In this document: piece after piece, positions 1-7,696 of the stretch | Position numbering within the stretch: the stretch's first letter is position 1 | Layout of the letters: each line of letters begins with the position of its first letter | Assembly (NCBI GenBank): GCA_903925685.1 | Contig: CAIYGI010000039.1 | Location: forward strand, 1 to 18,227 | Length of the DNA: 18,227 nt | Source of the DNA: an uncultured bacterium | GTDB taxonomy: Bacteria > Verrucomicrobiota > Kiritimatiellia > CAIKKV01 > CAIYGI01 | Direction of reading: 5' to 3' | The notes under the pieces: generated by a model | The model's database searches: none | Seen by the model: the letters and a program-made list of their open reading frames with translations, nothing else | What the model was told of the DNA's origin: nothing | Translations under genes and position numbers: made by a program

Positions 1-112
1 TGCGCCATAGCCTCCCGCTATTTCTCGCGGATTCACCACAATCCCACGCCCTTGCGAAATTCATCCGCCACTATATTGACATCGACAGGGCCGAAGGACT
101 ACGCTTGGTCGC

Positions 113-970
113 ATGAGTCACAAAACGGGACTCTCAAGTAAGGAACACAACTGGCTGATTCGCGGCAAGTTACTGGAGATGACTCAATCGGCGTGGTACT
201 GCGACGCCACCACAAAAGACGGCACAAACCAGTACAGGGAATGGGCGGCAAAGGCCGCCGATGTCCTGACAAGCGGTTTGCCATGGCACAATGCCGTTCT
301 CGGAGTGAAAGACGTCACCATAGGAGAGCACAAGGACCACTTCGCTATCGTAGATATTCGACAAGATGCCGCAGACCTTGTCAGCATTCCCGTGAAAATG
401 AAGGCATTCGGAGTTTTAACCGCGCATCCGGTTGGTACAGCACTTTCCGTTCAGATGGATACATCGTCGGACAGACCGTTGGTCGTCGGCATCCGGCAGC
501 GGAACGGCAAGGTGTGGGACATCGTCGCGAAGGTTCCGGCTCTTGTTGTTCGTGTGAATACGGAGCGAGGCATCACCACCATACTTGCCGAAGATGGGGA
601 GGAGTGCGTGTGCTATCACAATGATGTTCCGTCTGCACGATCCTTAACGCCAGGGACGGTTGTTGAGTGTGCGGTGGTGAAGGACACCAAACGGACCAGG
701 ATCCGGGATGTGGTGACTTTCGGCGGTTCTGCCAACAGTGTACATTGGAAGGAATATGGCGGTTTGTTCCGCCCGCGCGAAAAGGGAGGCGGCCATGTCG
801 GCGACGTCTTTGTGCATGCACGACTTACAGTTGGGTTTGTTGCCGAGGCCATGGTGCGTGGTGTTGCTATAAAAGCAACGGATTCTGAGACACGACGGTC
901 ATGGTGGGAAGCAGTGTCCGCCACGAGCGGCGACAACGAGGTGGATGAATCAACAAAAGCGGAGAAATGA
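113..970 (+). CDS. Hypothetical protein (285 aa) in a low-GC segment; no family recognised
   Basis: Uninterrupted 285-codon ORF with ordinary, non-R/P-rich amino-acid composition. Codon usage is noticeably richer in A/T-ending codons (aaa, aca, gga, gtt, cga) than every other gene in the window. The stop overlaps the next ORF's ATG (ATGA at 967-970). No recognisable catalytic motif. Confidence 0.6.
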   Translation: MSHKTGLSSKEHNWLIRGKLLEMTQSAWYCDATTKDGTNQYREWAAKAADVLTSGLPWHNAVLGVKDVTIGEHKDHFAIVDIRQDAADLVSIPVKMKAFGVLTAHPVGTALSVQMDTSSDRPLVVGIRQRNGKVWDIVAKVPALVVRVNTERGITTILAEDGEECVCYHNDVPSARSLTPGTVVECAVVKDTKRTRIRDVVTFGGSANSVHWKEYGGLFRPREKGGGHVGDVFVHARLTVGFVAEAMVRGVAIKATDSETRRSWWEAVSATSGDNEVDESTKAEK

Positions 971-1209
971 TTATGAATACACCCAAGCCTTGGATCGAGT
1001 CGGTACATCTGCACCCCGATGTATTGAAGGAAAACGCGGAAACCGACATCTTCGCCCTGGACCTTGGCCCGTTGGCGGACGGGTCAGACACGGTCGCCCC
1101 GGTATATCGCGACGCGGGTCTGATTCAGCGAGGGACTCCCAGACCAGATCGGTACGGATGGATGCGAGCCGTTACACAGGGATGCCAGATAAGGAGCATG
1201 ATGCGATGA
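967..1209 (+). CDS. Small hypothetical protein (80 aa), translationally coupled on both sides
   Basis: ATG at 967 overlaps the stop of the upstream gene (ATGA), and its own stop at 1207-1209 overlaps the ATG at 1206 of the lipoprotein gene (ATGA). The protein-like sequence (MIMNTPKPWIESVHLHPDVLKENAETDIFALDLGPLADG...) contrasts with the Arg-rich alternate-frame translation covering the same DNA. It is short, so it remains uncertain. Confidence 0.35.
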   Translation: MIMNTPKPWIESVHLHPDVLKENAETDIFALDLGPLADGSDTVAPVYRDAGLIQRGTPRPDRYGWMRAVTQGCQIRSMMR

Positions 1210-3569
1210 CAAATTTAACGATGGCCGTCGATCAGTCGCTGATCCGAGCACAGCGCGACTTTGCAAGCGCCGGGGTGGGGGCCGTGGCCTTACTGCTGGC
1301 GGCAGTGTTGGCCGGGTGCGGCGGGCGGGAGGCGCGGGAGCCCGTCACTTTCGACAGTCAGCTACAGGTGCTGACCGATCCGCTGGCGCTTTGCCGCATG
1401 GATCGGCCGGGGGCCGCGCTGGCAAGTTCGTTCGACCCGGCCGGCGGCAACGATGACTTTAACCATCCGCTGCGGCCCGGGCCTGAGGGCTGGGTGGTGC
1501 TGGCGGATTTGAAGGGACCGGGCTGCATGACGCGCTTCTGGTTTACCGGCGCGGATAACGGCACGCACCCGCTGCGTTTTTATTTCGATGGCGAAACACA
1601 GCCGCGTTTGGAAACGACGCTGGATCGCTTTTGCGGCAATGACGGCGTGAACCTGTCGCCGGTGGCCGCTTACGAACCGTTCTGCTGGTACACGCTGGCG
1701 CCGTTACCCTACCGGTCGCGGCTGGTGGTCATGACGCGCGCGGGCGCGACCCGTCCGGACGGCTCGCCAAAACTATTTTTTCAAATCAACAGTTGCCGCT
1801 TTCCGCGGGGAACGGTGGTCAATGAAGTGGCGGAGGGCGCGGCGTCGGCGGTCAGCAATGCGATACAGGCGGCGCGCCTGTCGCTTCTGAAAACCATGGC
1901 TGGCGGACCGAACATGGAACTGTCCGCCAACGCAAGCGGGGCGACCAACGCGCTCCTGGCGCTTGCCGCGGGGATGCGCGCCAGCGTCGCCGTGCCGGCG
2001 GGACCGGCCATTTTGCGGCAAATCGTGCTGCGACCGGATTTGACGGCCTTTGGAACGGTCATGGAGCGCGATGCGGCCTTGCGCCAGGTGGTGCTGAGGG
2101 TTTACTGGGAAGGCGCCAGCCAGCCCAGCGTGGAAGCGCCATTGGGCGATATATTCGGCAGTGTCTGGCGGGCGCGGCCGTTTCGCGCCTTTTATTTCGG
2201 CATGACCAACGGCGCCTATTTCATTCGCTTCCCCATGCCCTATCGCAATGCCGCCCGCCTGGAACTGGAAAACCTCTCCGCCAAACCCGTTTCCTGCGCG
2301 GTGGAACTGCGGACGGAGGCGCTGCCGGGCTGGACGCCCGGCAAACTGGGCTATTTTCACGCCGCCTGGAACAAGAGCGGTCCCGAGCGGATGGGACAGC
2401 CGCATACTATTCTACAGACCGCCGGCCGTGGCCGGTATGTGGGCTGCATACTGGCGGTGACCAGTCTCGACAAGAGCTGGTGGATTCTGGAAGGCGACGA
2501 AAGCATGCGGGTGGACGGCGAGCCCAATCCGTCGTGGCACGGCACGGGGCTGGAGGACTACTTCAACGGCGGCTGGTACTATGGCAGGCCGATCGTGCGC
2601 CCCTTCCACGGACTGCTCTGCAAGTCGCACTTTCGCACCGTGCAGTACCGCATTCATCAAACCGATGCGGTGGCCTTCAAGTCCGGGGCGCGGGTGGAGA
2701 TCGAACGCGGACCCGACAACGCCAGTCACGGCTGGTTGGAGAGCGTGGCCTTTTATTATCAGGACGTTCCGATGCGCGCGACTTCCGCCCTGGGCAGTCC
2801 CGCCTGGCGGGCGACCCCGGACGATTCGCTGCGGCCAGTGGTGCGCATGACGGAAATCAACGATGCCGAGTTGCTGGACGACTACGAGGGCGCCGAAGCC
2901 CTGGCGCGGGAAACGGTGGAATCGTGGAGGGGCTATCCTTACGTGCCGGTCATGCAACTGCGCCTGCTGCTGTACCGCGAGCGCCGCGAGGGCTGGCCTG
3001 CCGTACGGGAGACGGTGGCGCAATTCCAGCGGGAAACGTCCGATCCGCTGGCCCGCAAGCAGGCGGAGGATTGGATCTGGTACCACGCCAGTCCCTCGAA
3101 CGCCTTGCTTGCGGCCTACAGCAATAGCCGCACCGACGTCTGGTTGGACGGTCAACTGGTCGGCGTGGCGGGCGACCCCAGCCGGGTGCAGGTCTGGCGC
3201 GTACTGGTGGCGCCTGGGAAACATGCCCTGTCGCTGCAATCGGACTATCATTCCTACCCGTTCTGGGCACAGGCCTGTTTGCGAACGCACACAGGCGATG
3301 TATATACGTCGCCTGACTGGCGCTCATACGTCGGACCACCAGCGGGGTGGGCGGCGGCAGAGTTTGACGATGCGGCCTGGACCAGGATCGGCGGTCCGGA
3401 GATAGGCAAAGGTCCGCCGGAAGAGCCTTGGATCGGCTTGGAGCCATACGCATTCATCGGTCTACAAAGTCATGCCAGAGGCGTGTCGCCTGCCAACGAA
3501 TGGTCCGATCGCCGCCAGCGCGGCGTGATGCGGCACGCGTTCGAAATCGGAGGCAAGACGGCGGAGTAA
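1206..3569 (+). CDS. Large secreted lipoprotein (~787 aa); central region tentatively DUF2961/GH172-like
   Basis: Start chosen at ATG 1206 (MTNLTMAV...) because a signal peptide and lipobox follow (AVALLLAAVLAGC|GG), whereas the upstream in-frame extension from 945 is Arg-rich and non-protein-like. The motif block WWILEGDESMRVDGEPNPSWHGTGLEDYFNGGWYYG resembles what I recall of DUF2961 (GH172) proteins; this family call is tentative. Strong G/C third-position bias throughout. Confidence 0.75.
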   Translation: MTNLTMAVDQSLIRAQRDFASAGVGAVALLLAAVLAGCGGREAREPVTFDSQLQVLTDPLALCRMDRPGAALASSFDPAGGNDDFNHPLRPGPEGWVVLADLKGPGCMTRFWFTGADNGTHPLRFYFDGETQPRLETTLDRFCGNDGVNLSPVAAYEPFCWYTLAPLPYRSRLVVMTRAGATRPDGSPKLFFQINSCRFPRGTVVNEVAEGAASAVSNAIQAARLSLLKTMAGGPNMELSANASGATNALLALAAGMRASVAVPAGPAILRQIVLRPDLTAFGTVMERDAALRQVVLRVYWEGASQPSVEAPLGDIFGSVWRARPFRAFYFGMTNGAYFIRFPMPYRNAARLELENLSAKPVSCAVELRTEALPGWTPGKLGYFHAAWNKSGPERMGQPHTILQTAGRGRYVGCILAVTSLDKSWWILEGDESMRVDGEPNPSWHGTGLEDYFNGGWYYGRPIVRPFHGLLCKSHFRTVQYRIHQTDAVAFKSGARVEIERGPDNASHGWLESVAFYYQDVPMRATSALGSPAWRATPDDSLRPVVRMTEINDAELLDDYEGAEALARETVESWRGYPYVPVMQLRLLLYRERREGWPAVRETVAQFQRETSDPLARKQAEDWIWYHASPSNALLAAYSNSRTDVWLDGQLVGVAGDPSRVQVWRVLVAPGKHALSLQSDYHSYPFWAQACLRTHTGDVYTSPDWRSYVGPPAGWAAAEFDDAAWTRIGGPEIGKGPPEEPWIGLEPYAFIGLQSHARGVSPANEWSDRRQRGVMRHAFEIGGKTAE

Positions 3570-3578
3570 GGCGGGCAA

Positions 3579-4814
3579 TCAGGACGCGCCGGAATCCTTG
3601 CGCTGTTCGGTCGAGATCTCGACGGCGATCGCGGCCGCCTTTTCCGTGGAAACGCCGTCCGTGCGGCGTTCGTACTCTTCCTCGGCGCGCTCCTCGCCCA
3701 TGCGCTGTTCCAGATTCTCGATCTGCTCCTGCTGGCCGGGAAACTCGACGTGCAGCTCCCGGATCAGCATCATGACCGTGGCCGCGACGGGGATCGAGAG
3801 AATCGCGCCAAGGATGCCCATCAACGATCCTCCGGCAAGCAGCGCGAAGAGAACCACAGACGACGGAAGACGCAACATGCGCCCGTAAATGCGCGGCACG
3901 AGCACGCGGCTCTCGAACTCCTCATAAGCCAGCATGACCGTCAGGACGACGACTACCACGACAGGGCCGCTCGCCAGCGCGGCAATTACCATTGGTCCGA
4001 TCGAGAGGATGGCGCCGACATACGGCAGTACATCCGCGATGCCCGCGAACACGGCCAGCGCCATCGCGTGCGGTATGCCGCACGCCAGCAGAAGGACCAG
4101 GGAAAAGAGCCATATCGCCAGGCAGGTGAGCGTCTGCCCGCGGATGTACGCGCAGACGATCGTCTCCATGTTTCTCAAGACGCGCGCGAGACGGATATGG
4201 TGCGAGCGGGGGACGACCGCGAAAAGCCCGCCGCGCAGGCGGTCGCGGTCGATCATGATGTAGAGCGCGAGAAATATGGCGCTGACGCCGTAGACGGCCA
4301 TTTCGAAGATGCGCATCGAGAAGGCCAGCGCCGTTGCGCCGATGGCCCGCAGGGAATCGTCGTAATGGACGTTTCGCAGCCAGCCCGCAAGCTGCGCGGT
4401 CAGGTTGGAACGGGCGAGATAATCCGCGATCCTTTCGCGAAACACCGGTTCCTTATCGATCAACGCCGATATTTGCGCCACCAACGATGGGATCGTCAGC
4501 GACAGGACGAGCGTCGCGCTAACGAAGAGCAGTATGAAAACGATGGCGATTCCAAGTCCGCGCCTGATGCCCCGCGCCTCCAACCATCTGACGGCAGGGC
4601 CCATCGTCCCGACGATGATCAGCGCAAGGATCAGCACCAGAAAGACCGGCCAAAGCTGTATCAGAAGCCAGATGCCGGCCACGACGACGATGAACTTGAG
4701 CATCGTCGCGAGCGAAATTTCGAAACGCAGCAGCCGCGTCTTTTCGCCGGCGGCAGGACGGCGCTCGGGCATCGGCGGCATGCCGTCATCGTCGGCTTTG
4801 AATGGGCTATGCAC
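3579..4814 (-). CDS. AI-2E family transporter (PerM/TqsA-like, UPF0118) membrane protein
   Basis: 411-aa ORF on the minus strand with multiple hydrophobic helices (FIVVVAGIWLLIQLWPVFLVLILALIIVG, AIFLALYIMI, LFALLAGGSLMGILGAILSIPVAATVMMLI) in the arrangement typical of the AI-2E family, and a charged Glu/Arg-rich C-terminal tail. Convergent with the lipoprotein gene. The true start could be an internal Met (e.g. MPPMPE). Confidence 0.85.
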   Translation of the reverse strand: MHSPFKADDDGMPPMPERRPAAGEKTRLLRFEISLATMLKFIVVVAGIWLLIQLWPVFLVLILALIIVGTMGPAVRWLEARGIRRGLGIAIVFILLFVSATLVLSLTIPSLVAQISALIDKEPVFRERIADYLARSNLTAQLAGWLRNVHYDDSLRAIGATALAFSMRIFEMAVYGVSAIFLALYIMIDRDRLRGGLFAVVPRSHHIRLARVLRNMETIVCAYIRGQTLTCLAIWLFSLVLLLACGIPHAMALAVFAGIADVLPYVGAILSIGPMVIAALASGPVVVVVVLTVMLAYEEFESRVLVPRIYGRMLRLPSSVVLFALLAGGSLMGILGAILSIPVAATVMMLIRELHVEFPGQQEQIENLEQRMGEERAEEEYERRTDGVSTEKAAAIAVEISTEQRKDSGAS

Positions 4815-5091
4815 GCTCTGCTCCTCCGTGTCCGGGTTGCAACCAGCAGTGCGATCGCGATCGCCCTGCCAGCCTTAATCGCTAAGGTTATCGCAACGCC
4901 ATCGCACCAGCAAGCCGATTTCAAGCGCCCACAAATCCCCGCCTAAAGTCATTCCGACATTCTGGCGACGAGCATGGTGCCTCACACCCACGCGGCTCGC
5001 GAGAACGCTCGCCCTCCCGAAAACATCATCGAGACTCACTAGAGAAATATTCTGGAGGGCGAACGTCTTCGCGATCCGCGTGGGCAGCGGG

Positions 5092-5120
5092 TTGACAGTG
5101 CCCATGTTCGTATGTATATC
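5092..5120 (+). promoter_or_regulatory. Candidate sigma70-like promoter for the NfeD/flotillin operon
   Basis: TTGACA (5092-5097), a 17-nt spacer, then TATATC (5115-5120), in an AT-richer patch of the divergent intergenic region about 65 nt upstream of ATG 5184. Pattern match only. Confidence 0.3.
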
Positions 5121-5183
5121 TATTGTGTTTTAAGCGATTAGCTGCTGGAGCTTCGCGCCTTTGTTTAGTTGTGGAGATGCCAT

Positions 5184-5789
5184 ATGGAAACATGGACCGT
5201 TTGGTGGCACAGTCTGAGCGCCTTGAATCACGGATTCTTCGGCGCCGCATTTTTCTTCAGTTTCTTTTTCCTGTGGCAGTTCCTCATGGCGCTGATCGGA
5301 CTGGCCGGCGGGGATATGACGCTTGATACGCATGTCGATCCGTCGTGGGAACATACCGCGCCCAACGACGCCAGCGAAACCATGGCCGCATTCAAGTTGC
5401 TGAGCATCCATTCCGTGCTGGCCTTTCTGACACTGTTTTCGTGGGGCGGCGCGCTTTACATCAGCCATGGCGTTCCAGTGGCGAGGTCGCTCTACCTTTC
5501 GTTTGCCTGGGGCATTGCGGCGCTGCTGATCGTATCCGGTCTGCTTTTCGCCATGCGACGCTTAACCTCGTCCGGCAACATGCGGTTGGAATCCTGCGTC
5601 GGAAACGAAGGAACGGTTCATCTGGATATTCCGGCCAATGGAACGGGCGAGGTGCGCGTCCTGTGCGGCAACGCCACGACCCATTTCAAGGCGCGCGCGG
5701 CCGGCGGCGGGGCCATTAAAGCCGGCACTCCAGTGAAAGTTGTGCGAGTTGTCGGGCTGAATACGATTGAAGTGGAAACGGTGAAATAA
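5184..5789 (+). CDS. NfeD-family membrane protein (YuaF-like; partner of SPFH/flotillin)
   Basis: Start taken at ATG 5184 (METWTVWW) because it is preceded by GGAG; the ORF track extends to 5169. N-terminal hydrophobic helices are followed by a C-terminal OB-fold-like segment (GTVHLDIPANGTGEVRVLCGNATTHFKARAAGGGAIKAGTPVKVVRVVGLNTIEVETV) typical of short NfeD proteins. Sits immediately upstream of a flotillin gene, as in yuaF-floT. Confidence 0.8.
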   Translation: METWTVWWHSLSALNHGFFGAAFFFSFFFLWQFLMALIGLAGGDMTLDTHVDPSWEHTAPNDASETMAAFKLLSIHSVLAFLTLFSWGGALYISHGVPVARSLYLSFAWGIAALLIVSGLLFAMRRLTSSGNMRLESCVGNEGTVHLDIPANGTGEVRVLCGNATTHFKARAAGGGAIKAGTPVKVVRVVGLNTIEVETVK

Positions 5790-5813
5790 TAAGGAAATAA
5801 AGGACGGAATGCC

Positions 5814-7316
5814 ATGAATAGTTTCGCGTACGCGGGTATGTTTTTTGCGCAAATGAGCCCCAAGGTTTCACCCCAGGGCGATGCGACAGGGATGTGGTTG
5901 CTGTTGATTCTGATGGCGATCGTTATCGGACTGGTCATGCTTTTCGTCAGGCGTTACAAACGCTGTCCGTCGAACAAGATCCTGGTCATTTACGGCAAGA
6001 CCGCGGGCGGCGCTTCCAAGTGCGTGCATGGCGGCGCCGCATTTGTGTGGCCTTTGCTGCAGGCCTATGACTATCTCGATCTGGAGCCCTTTGTGGTGCC
6101 GATCGACCTTTCGAATGCCTTGTCGCAGGAAAATATCCGTGTATCCGTGCCGACAACCGTGACCGCCGCCGTCTCGAACCAGCCGGGAATCATGCAGAAC
6201 GCGGCCGTCCGCCTGCTCGGCCTGGCCGCCCAGCAGATTCAAACCCTGGCCACGGACATCATCATCGGCCAGATGCGCGCGGTCATCGCCACCATGCGCA
6301 TCGAGGACATCAACCGCGATCGCCAGGCCTTCATGGGCAAGGTGAACGAAGCCGTGGCCGTCGAACTCGAGAAGATCGGCCTGGCGGTGATCAACGTCAA
6401 CATTCGCGACCTGGACGACGAATCCGGCTACATCAAGGCCATCGGCCGGAAGGCGGCCGCCGAGGCCATCAACCAGGCCAATATCGATGTCGCCGAGCAG
6501 GAAAAGCTCGGGCTGATGGGCGTGGCGGAACGTCAGCGCGATCAGCGCGTCGCCGTCGCCTCCGCCAACGCCAACGCGGAGATCGGCGAAGCCACCGCCA
6601 CGCGTAACAAGCGCCAGCAGGTCGCCAAGCTCGACGCCGAGGCGGTCAACAGCGAAACCGACGCCAATGCCAACAAGGCCCGCTACCGCGCCACCCAGAA
6701 AGTTGCCGAAGAAGAGTCGCGCAACAAGGGCGAGTCGGCGGCCAAGGATGCGGACGGCGCCATCCGCGTGGCCCAGGAAATCGCGCAGAAGAAGGCCGAG
6801 GATGCCCGCGCCCTGCGCGAGCAGTCCCGCCTGAACGCGGAGATCGTCGTGCCGGCCGAGGCCGACAAGAAGAAGGTCGTGATCGCCGCCGATGCCCAGC
6901 GTGAACAGTCGGTGCTGATCGCCAAGGGACAGGCCGAGGCCACCATCGCCAGGATGACCGCGGAAGGGCAGGGGGTGCAGGCCGTGCTTGACGGCAAGGC
7001 GCTAGGTTATCGCAACCTCGTCCAGTCCGCCGGCGACCCTCAGGTGGCCGCGGCGCTGCTGTTGATCGAGAAACTGGTCGAAATTTCGCACATCCAGGCG
7101 CAGGCCATCCAGGATCTGCCGATCGAGAAGATCGTGATCTGGGACGGCGGCGGCGCGGGCGGCGGCATGAGCGACCTCGGCAAGAAACTGATGGGCGCCC
7201 TGCCTCCGATGCACGAACTGGCCAAGCAGGTCGGATTGGAAATGCCGGCCTTTCTGGGAAAGATGAGCAAGGACGGGAATCACGAGGATAAATCGAAGGC
7301 GACCGGCATTGCTTGA
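5814..7316 (+). CDS. Flotillin-like SPFH/Band-7 protein (FloT/YqiK-like)
   Basis: 500 aa. AAGGA-like RBS (aaggacgg) upstream. N-terminal membrane anchor (MWLLLILMAIVIGLVMLF) and an SPFH core, followed by a long Ala/Glu/Lys/Gln-rich coiled-coil flotillin region (EQEKLGLMGVAERQRDQRVAVASANANAEIGEATATRNKRQQVAKLDAEA...) and a Gly-rich tail (DGGGAGGGMSD). Operonic with the nfeD-like gene. Confidence 0.9.
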   Translation: MNSFAYAGMFFAQMSPKVSPQGDATGMWLLLILMAIVIGLVMLFVRRYKRCPSNKILVIYGKTAGGASKCVHGGAAFVWPLLQAYDYLDLEPFVVPIDLSNALSQENIRVSVPTTVTAAVSNQPGIMQNAAVRLLGLAAQQIQTLATDIIIGQMRAVIATMRIEDINRDRQAFMGKVNEAVAVELEKIGLAVINVNIRDLDDESGYIKAIGRKAAAEAINQANIDVAEQEKLGLMGVAERQRDQRVAVASANANAEIGEATATRNKRQQVAKLDAEAVNSETDANANKARYRATQKVAEEESRNKGESAAKDADGAIRVAQEIAQKKAEDARALREQSRLNAEIVVPAEADKKKVVIAADAQREQSVLIAKGQAEATIARMTAEGQGVQAVLDGKALGYRNLVQSAGDPQVAAALLLIEKLVEISHIQAQAIQDLPIEKIVIWDGGGAGGGMSDLGKKLMGALPPMHELAKQVGLEMPAFLGKMSKDGNHEDKSKATGIA

Positions 7317-7347
7317 CACCGGCATCGGTGAATGAGGTGCCCGGAAT

Positions 7348-7638
7348 TTGACCTGGTATCTCTACGTCGTTCGCACCGTCGGCGGCAGCCTTTATGCCGG
7401 CATCTCCACGGATGTCGGCCGCCGCTACCGGGAGCACGCTTCCGGCAGCCGCAAGGCGGCCAGGTTTCTGCGCGCGAACAAGCCCGGGGAACTGGTCTTC
7501 ATTCGCCGCATCGGATCGCATTCCCTGGCGCTCAAGGCGGAGTACCGCTTCAAGCAGCTTTCCAAACGGGACAAGGAAACGATCGTCAGGCTTGGCAAAC
7601 TTCGCCTGGACCGGCAAACCGGCGAGATCCGGAACTGA
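7348..7638 (+). CDS. GIY-YIG domain protein (YhbQ/UPF0213-like small putative endonuclease)
   Basis: N-terminus WYLYVVRTVGGSLYAGISTDVGRRYREHASG matches the GIY-YIG signature (..Y..G..Y.G.T.DL.RR..EH). Apparent TTG start at 7348 with GAGGTG 9 nt upstream. 96 aa. Confidence 0.7.
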   Translation: MTWYLYVVRTVGGSLYAGISTDVGRRYREHASGSRKAARFLRANKPGELVFIRRIGSHSLALKAEYRFKQLSKRDKETIVRLGKLRLDRQTGEIRN

Positions 7639-7696
7639 GCGTTATGGCGTTATGGCTTGCCGTAGGATGGGCTTCTCTTCTATTGTTGGCCCGGTT

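Noticed and set aside
945-1205. N-terminal 87-codon extension of the 874-aa ORF
   Set aside because: The translation is Arg/Gly/Pro-rich and unprotein-like (...RGNRHLRPGPWPVGGRVRHGRPGISRRGSDSARDSQTRS...). A clean signal peptide and lipobox begin right at ATG 1206. Another frame here encodes a plausible small protein.
2412-3290. 292-aa minus-strand ORF and other long ORFs inside the lipoprotein gene (1773..2405 -, 2480..3127 +, 2863..3405 +, 2950..3453 -)
   Set aside because: They are antisense or alternate frame to a well-supported CDS. Their extreme Arg/Pro/Gly/Ala composition is typical of open frames that persist by chance in high-GC DNA.
3750-4946. 398-aa plus-strand ORF opposite the AI-2E transporter
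   Set aside because: The translation is a run of Arg/Asp/His/Gln-rich low-complexity sequence with no hydrophobic core. The minus-strand frame encodes a textbook polytopic transporter.
4875-5105. 76-aa minus ORF in the AI-2E/NfeD divergent intergenic region
   Set aside because: It has no RBS and no recognisable features, and it overlaps the candidate promoter. It is probably non-coding regulatory DNA.
6646-7617. 323-aa minus-strand ORF antisense to the flotillin gene
   Set aside because: It is a Pro/Arg/Ser-rich frame (PRRRRPRSRSSRS...) overlapping a strongly supported flotillin CDS, so it is a high-GC artefact.
7641-7656. Tandem 8-mer GTTATGGC x2 just after the GIY-YIG stop
   Set aside because: It is too short to call a repeat element and is most likely chance. 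No further copies were seen in the window.
7394-7696. Upstream in-frame extension of thrC (562-aa version)
   Set aside because: The extension is Arg/Ser-rich, overlaps the GIY-YIG gene in another frame, and ThrC proteins canonically begin near MNY(F/I)STRG as at 7697.
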